DNA from: Eledone cirrhosa
Lineage: Eukaryota
Direction of reading: 5' to 3'
Length of the DNA stretch: 64,000 nucleotides
Assembly: GCA_964016885.1 (NCBI GenBank)
Contig: CAXHJY010001301.1
Span: 1-64,000 of the forward strand
The position numbers were made by a program, and so were the translations under genes. Below are positions 34,411 to 47,427 of this stretch, piece after piece (within the stretch, counting starts at the first letter, position 1; each line of letters begins with the position of its first letter). The notes beneath the pieces were generated by a model. The model saw nothing but the letters and a program-made list of their open reading frames with translations. It was not told where the DNA came from and made no database searches.

Positions 34411-34988
34411 CAGGTCGCCAGTTGGTGCTACTGGTAACATGTATCCCAGTACAACCTGTCTCATGGTCGGGTCGTTGGCGACTAAACTGGCAACCCCACC
34501 AAGGTTTCTTGGTGAGGAGGGTGACTTTGGACATCCTGCAGGACTAAAAACAAAACCTGGGGAAGGAGCTGTTAAGAGTCAATGGCTATCCAAAATCACC
34601 GGGAGAGATGACCCCTTAGCCTTTGTCAAGGCAGAATTCTAGGAGAAGGAAAACTCTGATGGTATCCAATGATGTTGACTTGTTCTTCTTTTTGGTAAAT
34701 ATCATCTTGGTTAAGAGAGTGGGACTGGCTTTGTGCAGTGCCTTTGCTCACTATAAAAGCTTCACGGCACAGGCATTGCTTATATCTGGAGATCTCTCTG
34801 CACTTGTCGTCACATGGTACCATGGGCCCAGCACTATCTGTCAATAATTGTCACAAGTGTAGTGTTTGTACCAGAGTTTTCAAGTCGCTGGCTGGACTAA
34901 AACGTCACACTCGTTCAGCGCATCGGTAGGGGTTCTCCTACATAGATATAAAGTAGTGGCCGTACTCGAAAACGAGTTGGCAGCCACC
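34411..34988 (+). mobile_element. Bipartite non-autonomous RTE derivative (5'UTR fused to ORF C-terminus and 3'UTR)
   Basis: RTE 5'UTR-type motif ctaggagaaggaaaactctga at ~34640; C2H2 terminus [23 protein letters not shown]; second copy at 8618. Confidence 0.65.
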
Positions 34989-35039
34989 GTGTGTGTGTGT
35001 GTGTGTCCATGTGTCCGTGTGTGTGTGTGTCCATGTTTC

Positions 35040-35475
35040 ATTGCCATGCAACATCGCACTTCACACACAGGCGTCATACAGTCGTCCTTTTGTATGTATG
35101 GAGAAACCTTTTGTTCTCAACAGTAGGAATAGCTCTCTAAACTTCTTCCATCCTATCCTTATTTAACCTATAATTTTCTCAGAGCACCCTCTTCTGCTGC
35201 TAATTAAGTCATCTAGCTAGCAGAAGCTACCAACTACTTCTATAGACCTTTTCTGTGTCTTGAGGAGGAGGTTTATATCACTGATGCTCTTCCTCTCTAT
35301 TACTCCTGTGCATCTTCCTTTCCTGTTAGCCTACCTGTTATCCCACTACTTCTCTTGTGTACCCAACATTTACATTGTGTACACTGTATGAGGTTTATGT
35401 CTACTCCTTTTCTACATATGAAGCAGGACCACTACCCTGACAGGATTAGGATCCTATCTTTCCTATTCACTATCA
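35040..35475 (-). pseudogene. Old RTE RT fragment including the PHD-like region
   Basis: Minus strand reads WSCFICRKGVDINLIQCTQCKCWVHKR and GWKKFRELF. Confidence 0.7.
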
Positions 35476-35689
35476 CTGTTAAAAAAAAGGATGAGGGATT
35501 GAACACAAGGCCAGAAACCCCACCTACAGTTCTGTAGTTGCTACAGATATGAGGGTTCACACAAAGTTCCATAGGGAAGAGGAACTGACTAATTCTATTT
35601 TAAACACCTTAGCTTAGGGCCTCAGTGAATCCCTGTAGTACCACATAACTAATGTAGCTTAGCTATCTCTGCATTTCCCAGAACCTTGT

Positions 35690-36150
35690 CTGTAAGTGGT
35701 AGTATTGGTTCTATAGTAAAATACATCCAGTACACTCTGAAAGGTAGTAGCGTGGGTGTCATGATAACATGTATTCAGTACATGCTAAAATGGTAATGCT
35801 GGTGTTACGATAAAATGTACATGGTACACTTTGTAAAGTGGTCATCTTATGACATGAAATGCATTCAGTACATTCTGCAAAGAGATAGTGCTGGTGCCAT
35901 GATAACATGCATACAGTATACTCTGTAAAATGGAAGTACTGGTGTCACAATAAAATGCACTCAGTACACTCAGTAAAGTGTTTGGCATTAAGAAGGGCAT
36001 CCAGTCATAGAACCATGCCAAAATATTGAATGTATGAATATGGGCAAAATATGGTTCTCCAACCCATTTTGTTTAACCATGACAACCTGTCCAACCCATG
36101 TCAGTATGGAAAATGGATGTAAAATAATGGTGGTGATGATGATGAGGATG
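35690..36150 (+). mobile_element. Old RTE 3'UTR with ~6 tandem ~47-bp units
   Basis: Repeated cagtacactctgtaaa.tgg.a.tgctggtg.catgataa; then aagaagggcatccag and a gatgatgat tail. Confidence 0.7.
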
Positions 36151-38082
36151 ATGTCTCTTTTGTCATTTCGATCAGTTCTTATCTTAAAATATATTATACA
36201 GGTAGGTGAAAGAAGTGTTAAGTTTTTGAAATTCAGCATTTAAAAAGGTGTGGAATGACACTTTTGGGGAGACCTGATCTTTGCAAATCTTAGATGTGTT
36301 AGTGTTCAGCTATAAATAAAGATTTATAATCATGATATTCAGCTGTTAAGAGATTATGATGTCTTTGGGTTGGACAGGATTATTGCAAACCTTTCAGGAA
36401 TGTTGGGAGAAAGAATTTGAACATTTTAGATATCTTGTTTATCAGCTTCCTAATTTATTGATGTTGGTCCTATTGTTAACATTATTTCTTTAGAACAAAA
36501 AAAATTAAAAAAAAAACATTGCCTCATGATTTTCAGATTTTTGGAATTATTTAGTAAATTAACATTCTCATTATTAAGCTGATGTTTGGAACATAATTTA
36601 ACAAAAGTTCTTACATGAAATTATGATGGAAGATTTTTTTTAGATAAATATAAACACTTGAATACTTTCGTTACCATATTTTATAATGAAAGAGGCTGGC
36701 AAAATGTGGGAGCTAACATTAATGCACACCCATCACAGAAAAACTGACATTTCTGCCAGGAGTTAGATAGTGTCAAGAATGGAAAGTTTCCTTGGTTTGA
36801 TCTGATAATTGGTTCCTTTGCTTTCATCAAAATGGAAGCAGTAATACTTGGATAATTGCAAAACCACAGTGCGTGTTCTGTTTATGAAATCTATTTTGAT
36901 GATATTGGAAGGTGAGAGGAGATAGAAATACATGCTTCAATGCAAGTAATAGGATTGGTAAATAGTAAATGTTGCTTTAAAGTTTTTTTTTTTTTGTAGA
37001 TATTAGCTGAGGTTTGGAAGTTTAAAACTCTGGAATGTTTTGATATTAGCAACTGTTAAGATTTAAGGTTCGGATTTTAGAGGCTTTCTTAAATATGTCA
37101 TCATCATCTTACATCCACCTTTCATGATGACATGGATTGGATGAGTCATTAGAGTCCAAGACAGTTTTTATTCAGAGCTACAATCCTCTTAGATGAATAG
37201 GAGAACCATGTCTTGCTTGTACATTCCAATTCTTGGTGTCTTTCTTAATGTTTATGACTTTCCAGAGTGCACTAGGTACATCTTATTGTTTAAGAGAGAT
37301 TAGTGGCCCCTACATTGCAAAAAAAGTCTCTCTATGGTATCTCCGTTATTTCAAAGCAAATATGCCTAAGTGTAATTTGAAAAAGAATGATGGCCAAGAG
37401 TTTCAATTAGGAGAGTGTATGAATATGAGTATGGAAGAGGAAACAGTTATATGACAGTAGGTGGGGCAGGGTGGATAAATCATTTCAATGAGTGTATATG
37501 TGTGTGTGTTTGTGTGATTATATATTAAAAATTAGGGGCACACAGGACAAAGACAATAGAAAAAATGGAAAGATGGATGGTCCCATCTCCTGAGTCAACT
37601 TCTGAAAATCCTTACTGTTTTGGTGCATTAAGGTTGATACCATTCATTCCAGTGCACATTGGGACAACAAAACAGGTAGACAAGTTATGCCTTTAAGCAA
37701 ATTACACAAATATAGATGAAAAAGTATCCCAAGTGTATCAACTGACAAAAAAGGGAGAGAAAGGTGCGAGATTGCTTAGCCAAAGGAGAAAAAATATAGA
37801 AAGGAGAGAAATAGTAAAACAGAAGAGAATAATATGGACTGTAGTACGTGCAGACAAAGAAGAATGACACTGAGGCTTAGAAAAGATAAGAAGGAAGAAA
37901 TGAGTAGCAATGTCACTGGTCCAGAGCTGCATCAGCCTTTGCCTTCCCTTGAACAACATTGGTGGCATAGAGAGGGGAGACTGCTGCTTTTCCACGAAAA
38001 CATCTTGCTGGTCTTGTCGTGAATGGTAATTTTCTAGGTACAACACCATGGTCATTCATGACCGAAGGGGGTCTTTACCTTT

Positions 38083-38945
38083 ATCATCATCATCATTTAA
38101 TGTCTATTTTTCCATGCTAGCATGGGTTAGATGAGTTGTCCTAGCTCAGGCAAGTCAGGTGATCGTGTCTTGCTCGTACAGAATTGTTTCTGGCTTGGTT
38201 TTTATGGCTGGATGCCCTTCCTAACGCCAACCACATTTACAGTGTGTGGACTGGTTGCTTTTTGTTGTGATACCTGCACGACCACTTTGCAGTGTGGATT
38301 AGGTGCTTTTTATCGTGGTACTGTAACAACCACTTTACAGTGTGGGCTGGGTGCATTTTGTTGTGATACCAACATGACCACTTTACAGTGTGGACTGAGG
38401 GCTGGGTGGAGGGTGTAAAGGCGTGGGTGAAGGGTGGGATGTTAAGATGTGGGTGGGATGTTAAGCCTTGTGTAGAGTGTTGGGGTTTGGGAGGTGTATG
38501 GAAAGGAGAGAGGGGATAAGGGTTAAGTGGTGCATACTAGATGTATGTTTCAACCTGTATGCATGGGAAGGCGCGTCTTCTGTATTATTGCATAACACCA
38601 AATATCTCAATCCTGTGGGATCGCCTTTGAGAGGTGCAATTGTGCAAGGTCATCTTTTATCACCTCATCCCAGGTCTTCCTACTCCATTCCTTCCATCAA
38701 CTTTGATTGCCCTGCACCTTTTTTTTACAGCTGTCATCCTTCATACACATCACATGGCCACACCAACACAATATCTTCCCTAGCACACTGCATCTGATTC
38801 CTCTTATACCCAGTTTCTCTCTCAGCTCACTTACGCTTTGATGTCCATATATATATTACCATTACCCATCCATTGGGGCATGCAGTCTTCATTTCTTTCC
38901 TGTCTTTGCAGGTCCTCTGCACACAGCACCCATGCCTACTACCAT
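38083..38945 (-). mobile_element. RTE 3' fragment (ORF end, 3'UTR with ~4 units, (GAT)n tail)
   Basis: catcatcat tail, gctggatgcccttcctaacgccaacc, and degenerate GVGRPG/ERNE-like coding remnants. Confidence 0.75.
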
Positions 38946-38977
38946 GTATACATGTATCATACATCTGCCCTTCATTA

Positions 38978-39157
38978 CACACACACACACACTCCGCTCA
39001 CTCACTCACTCACTCACTCACTCACTCACTCACTCACTCACTCACTCACTCACTCACTCACTCACTCACTCACTCACTCACTCACTCTTTCTCTCTCTCT
39101 TTCTCTCTCTTTCTTTCTCTCTCTCTCTTTCTCTTTCTCTCTTTCTCTTTCTCTCTT

Positions 39158-39188
<31 letters not shown>

Positions 39189-39236
39189 TTCTCTCTTTCT
39201 TTCTCTCTTTCTCTTTCTCTCTCTCTTTCTCTCTCT
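38978..39236. repeat. Compound (CA)n-(CTCA)n-(CT/CTTT)n microsatellite
   Basis: Directly visible. Confidence 0.95.
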
Positions 39237-40792
39237 GTTGAAGGAGACATTGGAGCCTGTTATTAATAGCCAATGCTTTATTTTTGTCTGGGATTGAGGT
39301 CTCTTCTCTGTACCCTGGAAACCTCATCTCCCGGGTTTATTCTTCATATAGCTGCCACCTGTAACAGATTAATTTACAATTATTTTTCCAGTCTTAAAAT
39401 CTTTGAGTTGTTTTTCTCATCTGCTTTTGCTATCTTTAAAAATAAGTTCTCTTTGATTCAACATTCTTAACATAGTTAAAACTCTCCTTGGTATAGTAGT
39501 AGTTTCAGAGCTTTTCTATTTCTCATTGCCTTGATCTATCTTTGAAGTTAAACTACCCTGAGATTTATGAAACCCCTGATGTTGAAGGCACTTGGCCTAA
39601 TGGTTAGGGTGTTAAGCCATGATAATAGGGTTGTGAGTTTGATTCCTGAACTGGGTGGCATTTTCAGAGAAGCTTCATTTCATGTTGCCTTTCATGATAG
39701 AACTGGGGCCTCTCTAATTGAAACACTTAAGAAATCTATTAGATGTAATCTCATAGGAGGCCAACTAAACCTGTATAGGTGTCAGCTGTAACAACATGAT
39801 ATAACTGAAGCCTCCTATCATTGAAACACCTATGAAACCTCCTATCAGATACAACCTTGTAGGAGGCAATATAAATCCATCCAGATGTGAGCTGTAAATT
39901 TCAGCATTGCAGTGTTACCACTGTTGCACAAAAGGAGGTAGATAAAATAGCAAACAACATACTGAGTTGATATTTAGTCTCAGTGCATTGCTTGAATTTA
40001 ACACATACTGAGCTCCTAAGAGTTATAGATGTTTTTTTATTTCACTTCCTCTTTCTGAAACACACATACAAGCACCTGCACATATGCACATACAAGCACC
40101 TGCACATATGCACACACATTCTTAATCTTCCATTACCATATTTCTAATGAACTAAAGGTTTTTACATAAAATTTTCTCAGATAGTTTTAATATCTATTTT
40201 CTTCAATTATTTTACTGGTTTCTCTCATTACTGGGACCATGCTGGAGCATTACCTTGGCTTAGTTGATTATATCAACTCCAGAATTGTTTTTTTTCAAAT
40301 CTGGTACTTATTTTAATGATCTTTTTAGTCAAACCGCTAAGATACAGCACGCACGCACGCACGCTCGCACGCTCGCTCGCTCTCTCTCTCTCTCCTGCAG
40401 TTTTCATCTGCCAAGGTCCACTTACAAGGCATTGGTCAACCTGAGACTCTAGTCAAAGACACTTGTTCAGGATACCATGCCGTGTGAATGAACTCAGAAC
40501 CACATTGTTACAAAGCAAATTTCTTAACCACACAAAAATGTCTACATTTTTTAACACTTTAACATAAGTCTTTTATCATTGAACCTGGGTTGGTTTTAGG
40601 CAAGTTGGTATTAAAAGGGAAGTTTGCTCTTTAAAGAGATAGAATAAAATTTAAATGCCAATAAAGGCTGGTAATAGGTTTTTTCCCCACAAAACATGCC
40701 AGTTCATGAAACAAGCAAAGAATTCTTTAATGTTGATAAGTGTTATGTATTTTAAGGAAAGAATTTTGAATGGTTCTCGCTCTCTTTATATA

Positions 40793-42195
40793 TATAGTTA
40801 TAGGAATAACCAAAGAGTGCTTAGAAATACATAGTTTTATTAGCTAACAGTGTTTCATCCATACACCATGGCAGGAATTTTCAGAGCTTATAAACATGAG
40901 TATATCAGTAGTTGCATGCTCCATCGAGCTGCGTCACCAGAACAAGGTTAAATGACCAGCAGGGGGGTCCCAAGGCTAGCGCTATATGGAAAAAGACATA
41001 ATACATGATGCACATAATGTCTTAAAATTAGAAGTTACACCAAAAATCACATATGGTGCAATAGATGATAAAGAGGTTGGGAGAGGGTAGCAAGGGATGA
41101 GTGAGGGTATTACTCAGCATGATCAGAAAATACAAGAAAATAACAAAAAAATAATAAAAAAGTACAAAAATAGAGGGATAAGAAAAGAGATAAATACAAA
41201 AATACAAAACAATTAATGAACAAAGCCAGGACCCCCCCCCCCCCCAAAAAAAAATATAAGACAAAGCAAAGCGTGGATGCATCTAAGCACAAGTAGTGCA
41301 AAAGGGGGTGTACAGGCAGATCAAGAGAGTTTGCAAGCATGAGTCTGTGAAAAGAATTGTTGGTTAGCAGTAATGCAGCCTTACATGTATGATAAATCAT
41401 ATGGTGATAAATCCCCTGGGTTAGGTTTTGGAAAAATAGTGTTATCTCACTTGGAGTTCGGAACTGGAACATATTGATGTGGTTCGTAGGGTGCGGCTAT
41501 GATAAGGAGAATCGACCTGTTACAAGGCGATATAATTGCAGTACACCATCCCTCATATAGACTATCATACATGTAAGGCTGCACCACTGCTAACCAACTA
41601 TTCTTTTCACAGACTCATGCTGGCAAACTCTCTTGATCTGCCTGTACACCCCCTTTTGCACTGCTTGTGCTTAGATGCATCCACGCTTTGCTTTGTCTTC
41701 TATTTTTTTGGGGGGGGGGGGTTCATGGCTTTTTGTTCATTAATTGTTTTGTATTTTTGTATTTATCTTTTTTCTTATCCCTCTATTTTTGTACTTTTTT
41801 ATTATTTTTTTTATTATTTTCTTGTATTTTCTGATTGTTTCTGATCATGCTGAGTAATACCCTCACTCATCCCTTGCTACCCCCTCCCAACCTCTTTATC
41901 ATCTATTGCACCATATGTGATTTTTGGTGTAACTTTTAATTTTTAATTTTTTAATTTTTAAGAAGTTTTATGACATTATGTGCATCATGTATTATGTCTT
42001 TTTCCATATAGCGCTAGCCTCGGGACCCTGCTGGTCATTTAACCTTGTTCTGGTGATGCAGTTCGATGAAGCATGCAACTACTGATATACTCATGTTTAT
42101 AAGCTCTGAAGATTCCTGCAATGGTGTATGGATGAAACTGTTAGCTAATAAAGCTATGTATTTTTAAGCACTCTTTGGTTATTCCTATAACTATA
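40793..42195. mobile_element. Foldback 1: ~600-630-bp inverted arms (40793-41394, 41563-42195), ~168-bp spacer; Penelope-like pLTR ends
   Basis: Arms are reverse complements with scattered substitutions and indels; each outer end has a hammerhead-like core followed by AATAAA. Confidence 0.8.
42102..42146 (+). ncRNA. Degenerate minimal type I hammerhead ribozyme motif (mirror copy 40842-40888, minus)
   Basis: agct-CTGAAGA-ttcctgcaatggtgtatggat-GAAA-ctg-tt-agct; stem III looks deleted here, and the mirror core reads CTGAAAA. Confidence 0.5.
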
Positions 42196-42412
42196 ACGGC
42201 TCTGTAGTATACTAGTTATCCTACATTGAGCTAAAACCACACTGTCATACCAAGGGCAATATATCTACATGTATAGGCATATTGATATATTTGTCAACGA
42301 AATATATATATATATATATATATATGGAAAGTTATATTTAAATTGTTGGGTTAACAACGAGTAAATATTTATAACTGATATAAAAGCACTCAACAAGTAT
42401 TTGGAGTATATT

Positions 42413-43156
42413 TATGATATTAAATAAATGGAAACTATATTTATAAAACCATATTTATTTCATTATATATATTTCATGGATATCATATTAACAATATGTT
42501 ATGCCTTCTTCAGACAAAATACAATATAAACAGTCTTATAAATAAATAGATACGACATACCTTTCAATCGACTTGCATTTGGGAGGTTGATTTGGCAGTA
42601 AAAAATAGTGGACAGTTGTAAAAAGAAAGAGAGAAAGAAAGAAAGGAAGAAAAACGAAGAAAAAGAAAAAGAAGAAATGCATGTGACTAAATAGAGAGAT
42701 ATAGAAAGATATAGAAAGATAGATAAAGAGAAGAACTTCATGTAAAGAAACTACCTAGTTTCTCTATATATCTCTATCTATATCTCTTTCTTTTTTCCTC
42801 TCTCTATATATCCCTCTCTGTTTCTTTACATGAAGTTCTTCTCTTTATCTATCTTTCTATATCTCTCTATTTAGTCACATGCATTTCTTCTTTTTCTTTT
42901 TCTTTTTCTTCGTTTTTCTTCCTTTCTTTCTTTCTCTCTTTCTTTTTACAACTGTCCACAATATTTTTTACTGCCAAATCAACCTCCCAAATGCAAGTCG
43001 ATTGAAAGGTATGTCGTATCTATTTATTTATAAGACTGTTTATATTGTATTTTGTCTGAAGAAGGCATAACATATTGTTAATATGATATCCCTGAAATAT
43101 ATATAATGAAATAAATATGGTTTTATAAATATAGTTTCCATTTATTTAATATCATA
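42413..43156. mobile_element. Foldback 2: ~340-bp inverted arms (42413-42751, 42820-43156), 68-bp spacer; Penelope-like pLTR ends
   Basis: Arms nearly identical in reverse complement (the ORF track shows the same peptide on both strands); hammerhead motif plus AATAAA at outer ends. Confidence 0.85.
43048..43113 (+). ncRNA. Minimal type I hammerhead ribozyme motif with palindromic stem III (mirror copy 42456-42521, minus)
   Basis: tattttgt-CTGAAGA-aggcataacatatt(gtt)aatatgatatccct-GAAA-tatata-ta-atgaaata; stem I has two G-U pairs; predicted cut after ATA at 43105. Confidence 0.7.
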
Positions 43157-43179
43157 TATATATAAATATATATCTCGAT

Positions 43180-43448
43180 ATGAATACCCCCTCCGCCTCC
43201 GTGGTATTTTCTTCGTGGTTATAAGAGGCTTAGCTCTGTTTCTCGACCGTTATATCGCGTGACTGTCTCCCCCTCCGCCTTTTGGGATTCTTTCTCACGT
43301 CGTGTAGACGCGTTCTTGAGACTAGTAAAATGAGGTATCCTCTTGATAAGTCGGCAGACCTCGCAAGGACTCTATATCTTTGATATATTGTTTTTGTTTA
43401 TGCCACGAAACTACGTAGTCGAGGAATTTAGGAACAGTTTAGGTATGA
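43180..43448 (+). promoter_or_regulatory. Candidate CpG-rich promoter / first exon
   Basis: CpG-dense patch not repeated in this otherwise CpG-poor window; two ccctccgcct GC-box-like motifs; ends at a donor-like TTTAG|GTATGA (43442/43443). Confidence 0.45.
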
Positions 43449-43656
43449 TACATTTTATTACTAATTATATCTAAATGTTTCTTCTCTCTTCATAATGTAT
43501 TTTTAACTCTGATACTGGTTCAGTCTGGTTCAAACTGAATTGGTCTGTCCCAGTCATTCATTGAGCAACATCGGTGAAGTTGGCACCCTTAACTCACAGT
43601 TGGGTGCGGATGCATTCATGTATATATGTGTGTGTCCGCATGTATCTGTGTGTTTC

Positions 43657-43696
<40 letters not shown>

Positions 43697-44239
43697 TAAA
43701 AATGACTTTTACAGCATTAGAAGGATGAAACAATTCTAATCTTGTAGAAGTCATATATATAAAGTAATAAAGTAGCCTATGCTCTATCAAGGTATTGAGT
43801 ACCTTTTTAAACTATGGTTAACCCCAACAATACTTGGGAATTTACATATATATGTATGAAAACTACTCATATATCATCATCGTTTAACATCAATTTTCCA
43901 CGCTAGCATGGTTTAGACGGGTTGTCCCATTTTAGGCAAGTCGGGTTAGTTTATATTTTTACATTTCATGATATTTCGAGGTTAGGAACACTTTTTCAAA
44001 AGAATGGAAATGGGAGTGTGATGATGGCAATAAGCAGTACTGTTCTACCTTAATTAACTTTTACATTTATTTCCATATTGATCTGGTGTTTGGAACAAAA
44101 CTTAAAATGTTTTTCCTCTAAAATTATGATGGAAAGTTTTACTTTATGAACAATTTAAAATAATCAATTTATTTAGGGCCATATCACACAACCAGGGTTG
44201 GTCTTAGGTAGGTTGATATCACACTTGACAGCACATGTA

Positions 44240-44915
44240 ATCATCATCATCACTACTTTGTGTTTGTTTTCCACACTGACATGGGTTGGATGGATTGTCA
44301 TGTTCTGACACTAGACAGGTTAAAAGACTACGACTTGCTTACATTTCATTTTGGCATGGTTTCTGTGGTTAGATACCCTTCTTCACTCTAACCATTTTAG
44401 AGTATACTGGGTGCATTTCATTGTGGAACCAGCACTACTACTTTACAGAGTGGACTGGGTGCATTTTATTATGAAACCAGTACTACCACTTTAGAGTGAA
44501 CTGCGTGAATTTTTGTGACATTTACACTGCCACTTCCAAAATGGACTGGGCATATTTCATTGTATCATCAGCATTACTACTTTACATCATCATCATCATT
44601 TTACGTCCGCTTTTCCCTGCTTGCAAGGGTTCGGACGGGAACTGATTCTGGCTTGATTTTTACAGCTGGATGCCCTTCCTAACACCAACCTCATTTACAG
44701 TGAATGCTGGGTGCTTTTTTTGCCATGGCACCTCCACGACCACTTTGCAGTGGAATGATAGGGACCCCAGTCCCTATCATCTCATTTCTACAGCTGAGTA
44801 AACTGGAGCAATGTATATATTTATATGGATGTATATATATTATTGTGGTACCAGTACTACTACTTTACAGAGTTTTACAGAGTGTACTGGGTGCAACTTA
44901 TCATGTTACCAACAC
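44240..44915 (-). mobile_element. Old RTE 3'UTR array interrupted by a younger RTE-tailed SINE (44586-44813)
   Basis: actgggtgcatt units on both sides of a near-copy of 32360-32585. Confidence 0.7.
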
Positions 44916-46605
44916 ATGTATTTAGATATATAATTTGGGACTCTTCTTTTAGATAAATTGGCCTTGGGTATTTTAACTTTGGATTGCTATAGAGTAAACT
45001 GAGTAAACTGAAGTAATTGGATTTAGTTGCCAGCTTTGTTTTCTTCAGTAGATAGAGCTCCATTTAACTCAATCCTTAAATACTGGCAAAGGAAGTTGAA
45101 TTCTCAAGATAAAGAAAACAACACTACCACCACCAACGTCACCATAAATTATTTGTAATATTTTTTTTAAAGCCTATTAAATTTAAATTTTGCTTCAGAT
45201 TTTCTTGTTCATGTGAATGGAATCAGAGTTGTATAGATAATTCTAAAGTTGAACCTTTGTATACGCGCCCACATACACATATATACATCCGCATGCATAC
45301 GTACGCACACACTTCAAAGCTATTGAGTGGAAACATTTTGATGTGTACAGTGACTGTGTGTAACATAGAGGAAACCTTGACCTGGATTAAGAAACAACTT
45401 GATACTTTTGGGGAAATTCCTTTATCCTGATGCCATTAAGTCTTGCCCAAGAGGCAGCAGGGATCGGAACCATTCTTTACCATTCAGTCATGCTACATCT
45501 GCAAGATTCACTTCATAAGAAGAACTTGACGGCCTGTTTGGGAAAATTCCATTATCTGCCCTTTTGATACCAACCTGCCTAAAACTGCCTTAATTCCATT
45601 CATGATGTAAAATAATTTATTTTAAGCTGTTTATATTTATCTAAAAACCTTCCGCTGTGAATTTATGTAATTATGTTCCAAACATGATACAAAACAGTAT
45701 ATTTTTAAGAACCATTATTATATTCAAAACATCAGCTTGAGAAAGTTAATTGTTATTAAATCCCTAAAATTCTTGATTACTTTCAAAAATATTTGAAAAT
45801 AATATTAGTATCTTTTATTAGAAATATGGTAATGAAATGGTTGTCTTGTCCAAGATACTACCACACAATGGGATGAACTATAGTAAAGAAATGGTAAACT
45901 CTTGTCCAAGATATCACCACACAGTGGAATTGAACCGAGGACTTTATGATGGTAAAGCAGGCTTTTTATTCATTTGGCCATACTGCATCCACAAGCTTTA
46001 CTTAATAGGAAGAACTTGATAGCCTTGTTTAGGAAAATTCCTTTACCTGAATTCATGCCATTAAGTCTAGGTTTTATTATTTTCTTTGTATATGTAGCAG
46101 ATGGTAATGTTCTTTAGTTGTCGTTTACTTTCATTTCTTCTTAGTTTGGTTTGCCAATTCTCAACAACTGATACCATAAACAGTGCAACTATTGGCAAAC
46201 CGATTCTATTCCTTCTTTGCATCATTAAAGTCTGCAGTCATGCAAGCAACACACCCTGTTCTTAAGTCTTCTCTTTTCCATGTAGTTATATACTATATTC
46301 TGTCTGAAGTGGTGAATTAGTAGAGTCCAAGCAACACCCAATGTTCTTTAGTTTTCTCTCTTCCATGTAGTTATATAATATACCCTGTCAGAAGTGGTGA
46401 ATAGGTAGAGTATGTCTCTTCCAATTAGTTAAAGTGTCTGTTACAATACTTTGGGGTATTTGGTATTCATTCCAGTTCCTTGTGATCCGAGTTCAAATTT
46501 CACCAAGGCAACTTTGCTTTCAATCCCTCTGGGGTTGATATAATCTCACTCTAGTATTGGGGTTAATTCTTCTCTCTTGGTTTTTAATTTTTTAAAAGTT
46601 TTTAA

Positions 46606-46606
46606 A

Positions 46607-46638
<32 letters not shown>

Positions 46639-46652
46639 TTTCTCTTTCTCTC

Positions 46653-46696
<44 letters not shown>
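46606..46696. repeat. (CT)n microsatellite
   Basis: Directly visible. Confidence 0.95.
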
Positions 46697-46699
<3 letters not shown>

Positions 46700-46959
46700 T
46701 TGGCAGTGGTCCAACCTGGAGAGAGATAGAAGCTACCATGTTTAAAATGTCACACTCCCACCATAGAGAGATGCTATGCTGAGAAGGACTTGTCCAACCC
46801 ATGCGAGTGTGGAAAAATGGACATAGAAATGATGATGTTTACGTCCAGTAACTTAGTAGTTTTATAAAAAGAGAATGATGAAACATCACCAGACATTTAA
46901 AAAAAACATCAGTTCAGGGTGGAGGGACTAATATGATATACTACATCCCTTCATGGCAG

Positions 46960-47142
46960 TGCCCCCAGCATAGCCATATTGTAATGAATGAAACCAGTAA
47001 AAGAACAGTTACCCAGCTTAGTTACAGTCTACTGACTGAAACCAGTAAAAGAACAGTGCCTCAGCCTGGCCACAGTCTACAAACTGAAACCAGTAAAAAG
47101 ACAATACTCCAACTTTGGCACAGTTTAATTACAAACCAGTAA
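46960..47142 (+). repeat. Tandemly reiterated SINE-tail-like unit (~47 bp, 3-4 copies); reverse-strand relative at ~56420-56640
   Basis: Repeated (ac)tgaaaccagtaaaaga with cacagtcta. Confidence 0.6.
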
Positions 47143-47427
47143 ATGAATATATACATATATACAATCCATAAACTTAGCTTCATTACAATTTAGTGAAGAA
47201 ATCAAATATTCCATATTCCATCCATAAAACATATCAAATATTGTAGTTTCAGACTTAAAAGATACGTTTAACAGCCAGGAGACATTTGGCATAATGGTTA
47301 AATGAGCTTGCCTGGCATACATGAGATATGTGATTCGATATCCCATTGGCATCTCTGTTCACATTTTTTTGTCTTCATGGACACTTTACCTGATTTATTC
47401 AACTATTATTTCTTTCTAGTTATCAAA

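Noticed and set aside
41395-41562. GIY-YIG or RT remnant in the foldback 1 spacer
   Set aside because: Translations show no convincing Penelope protein motif
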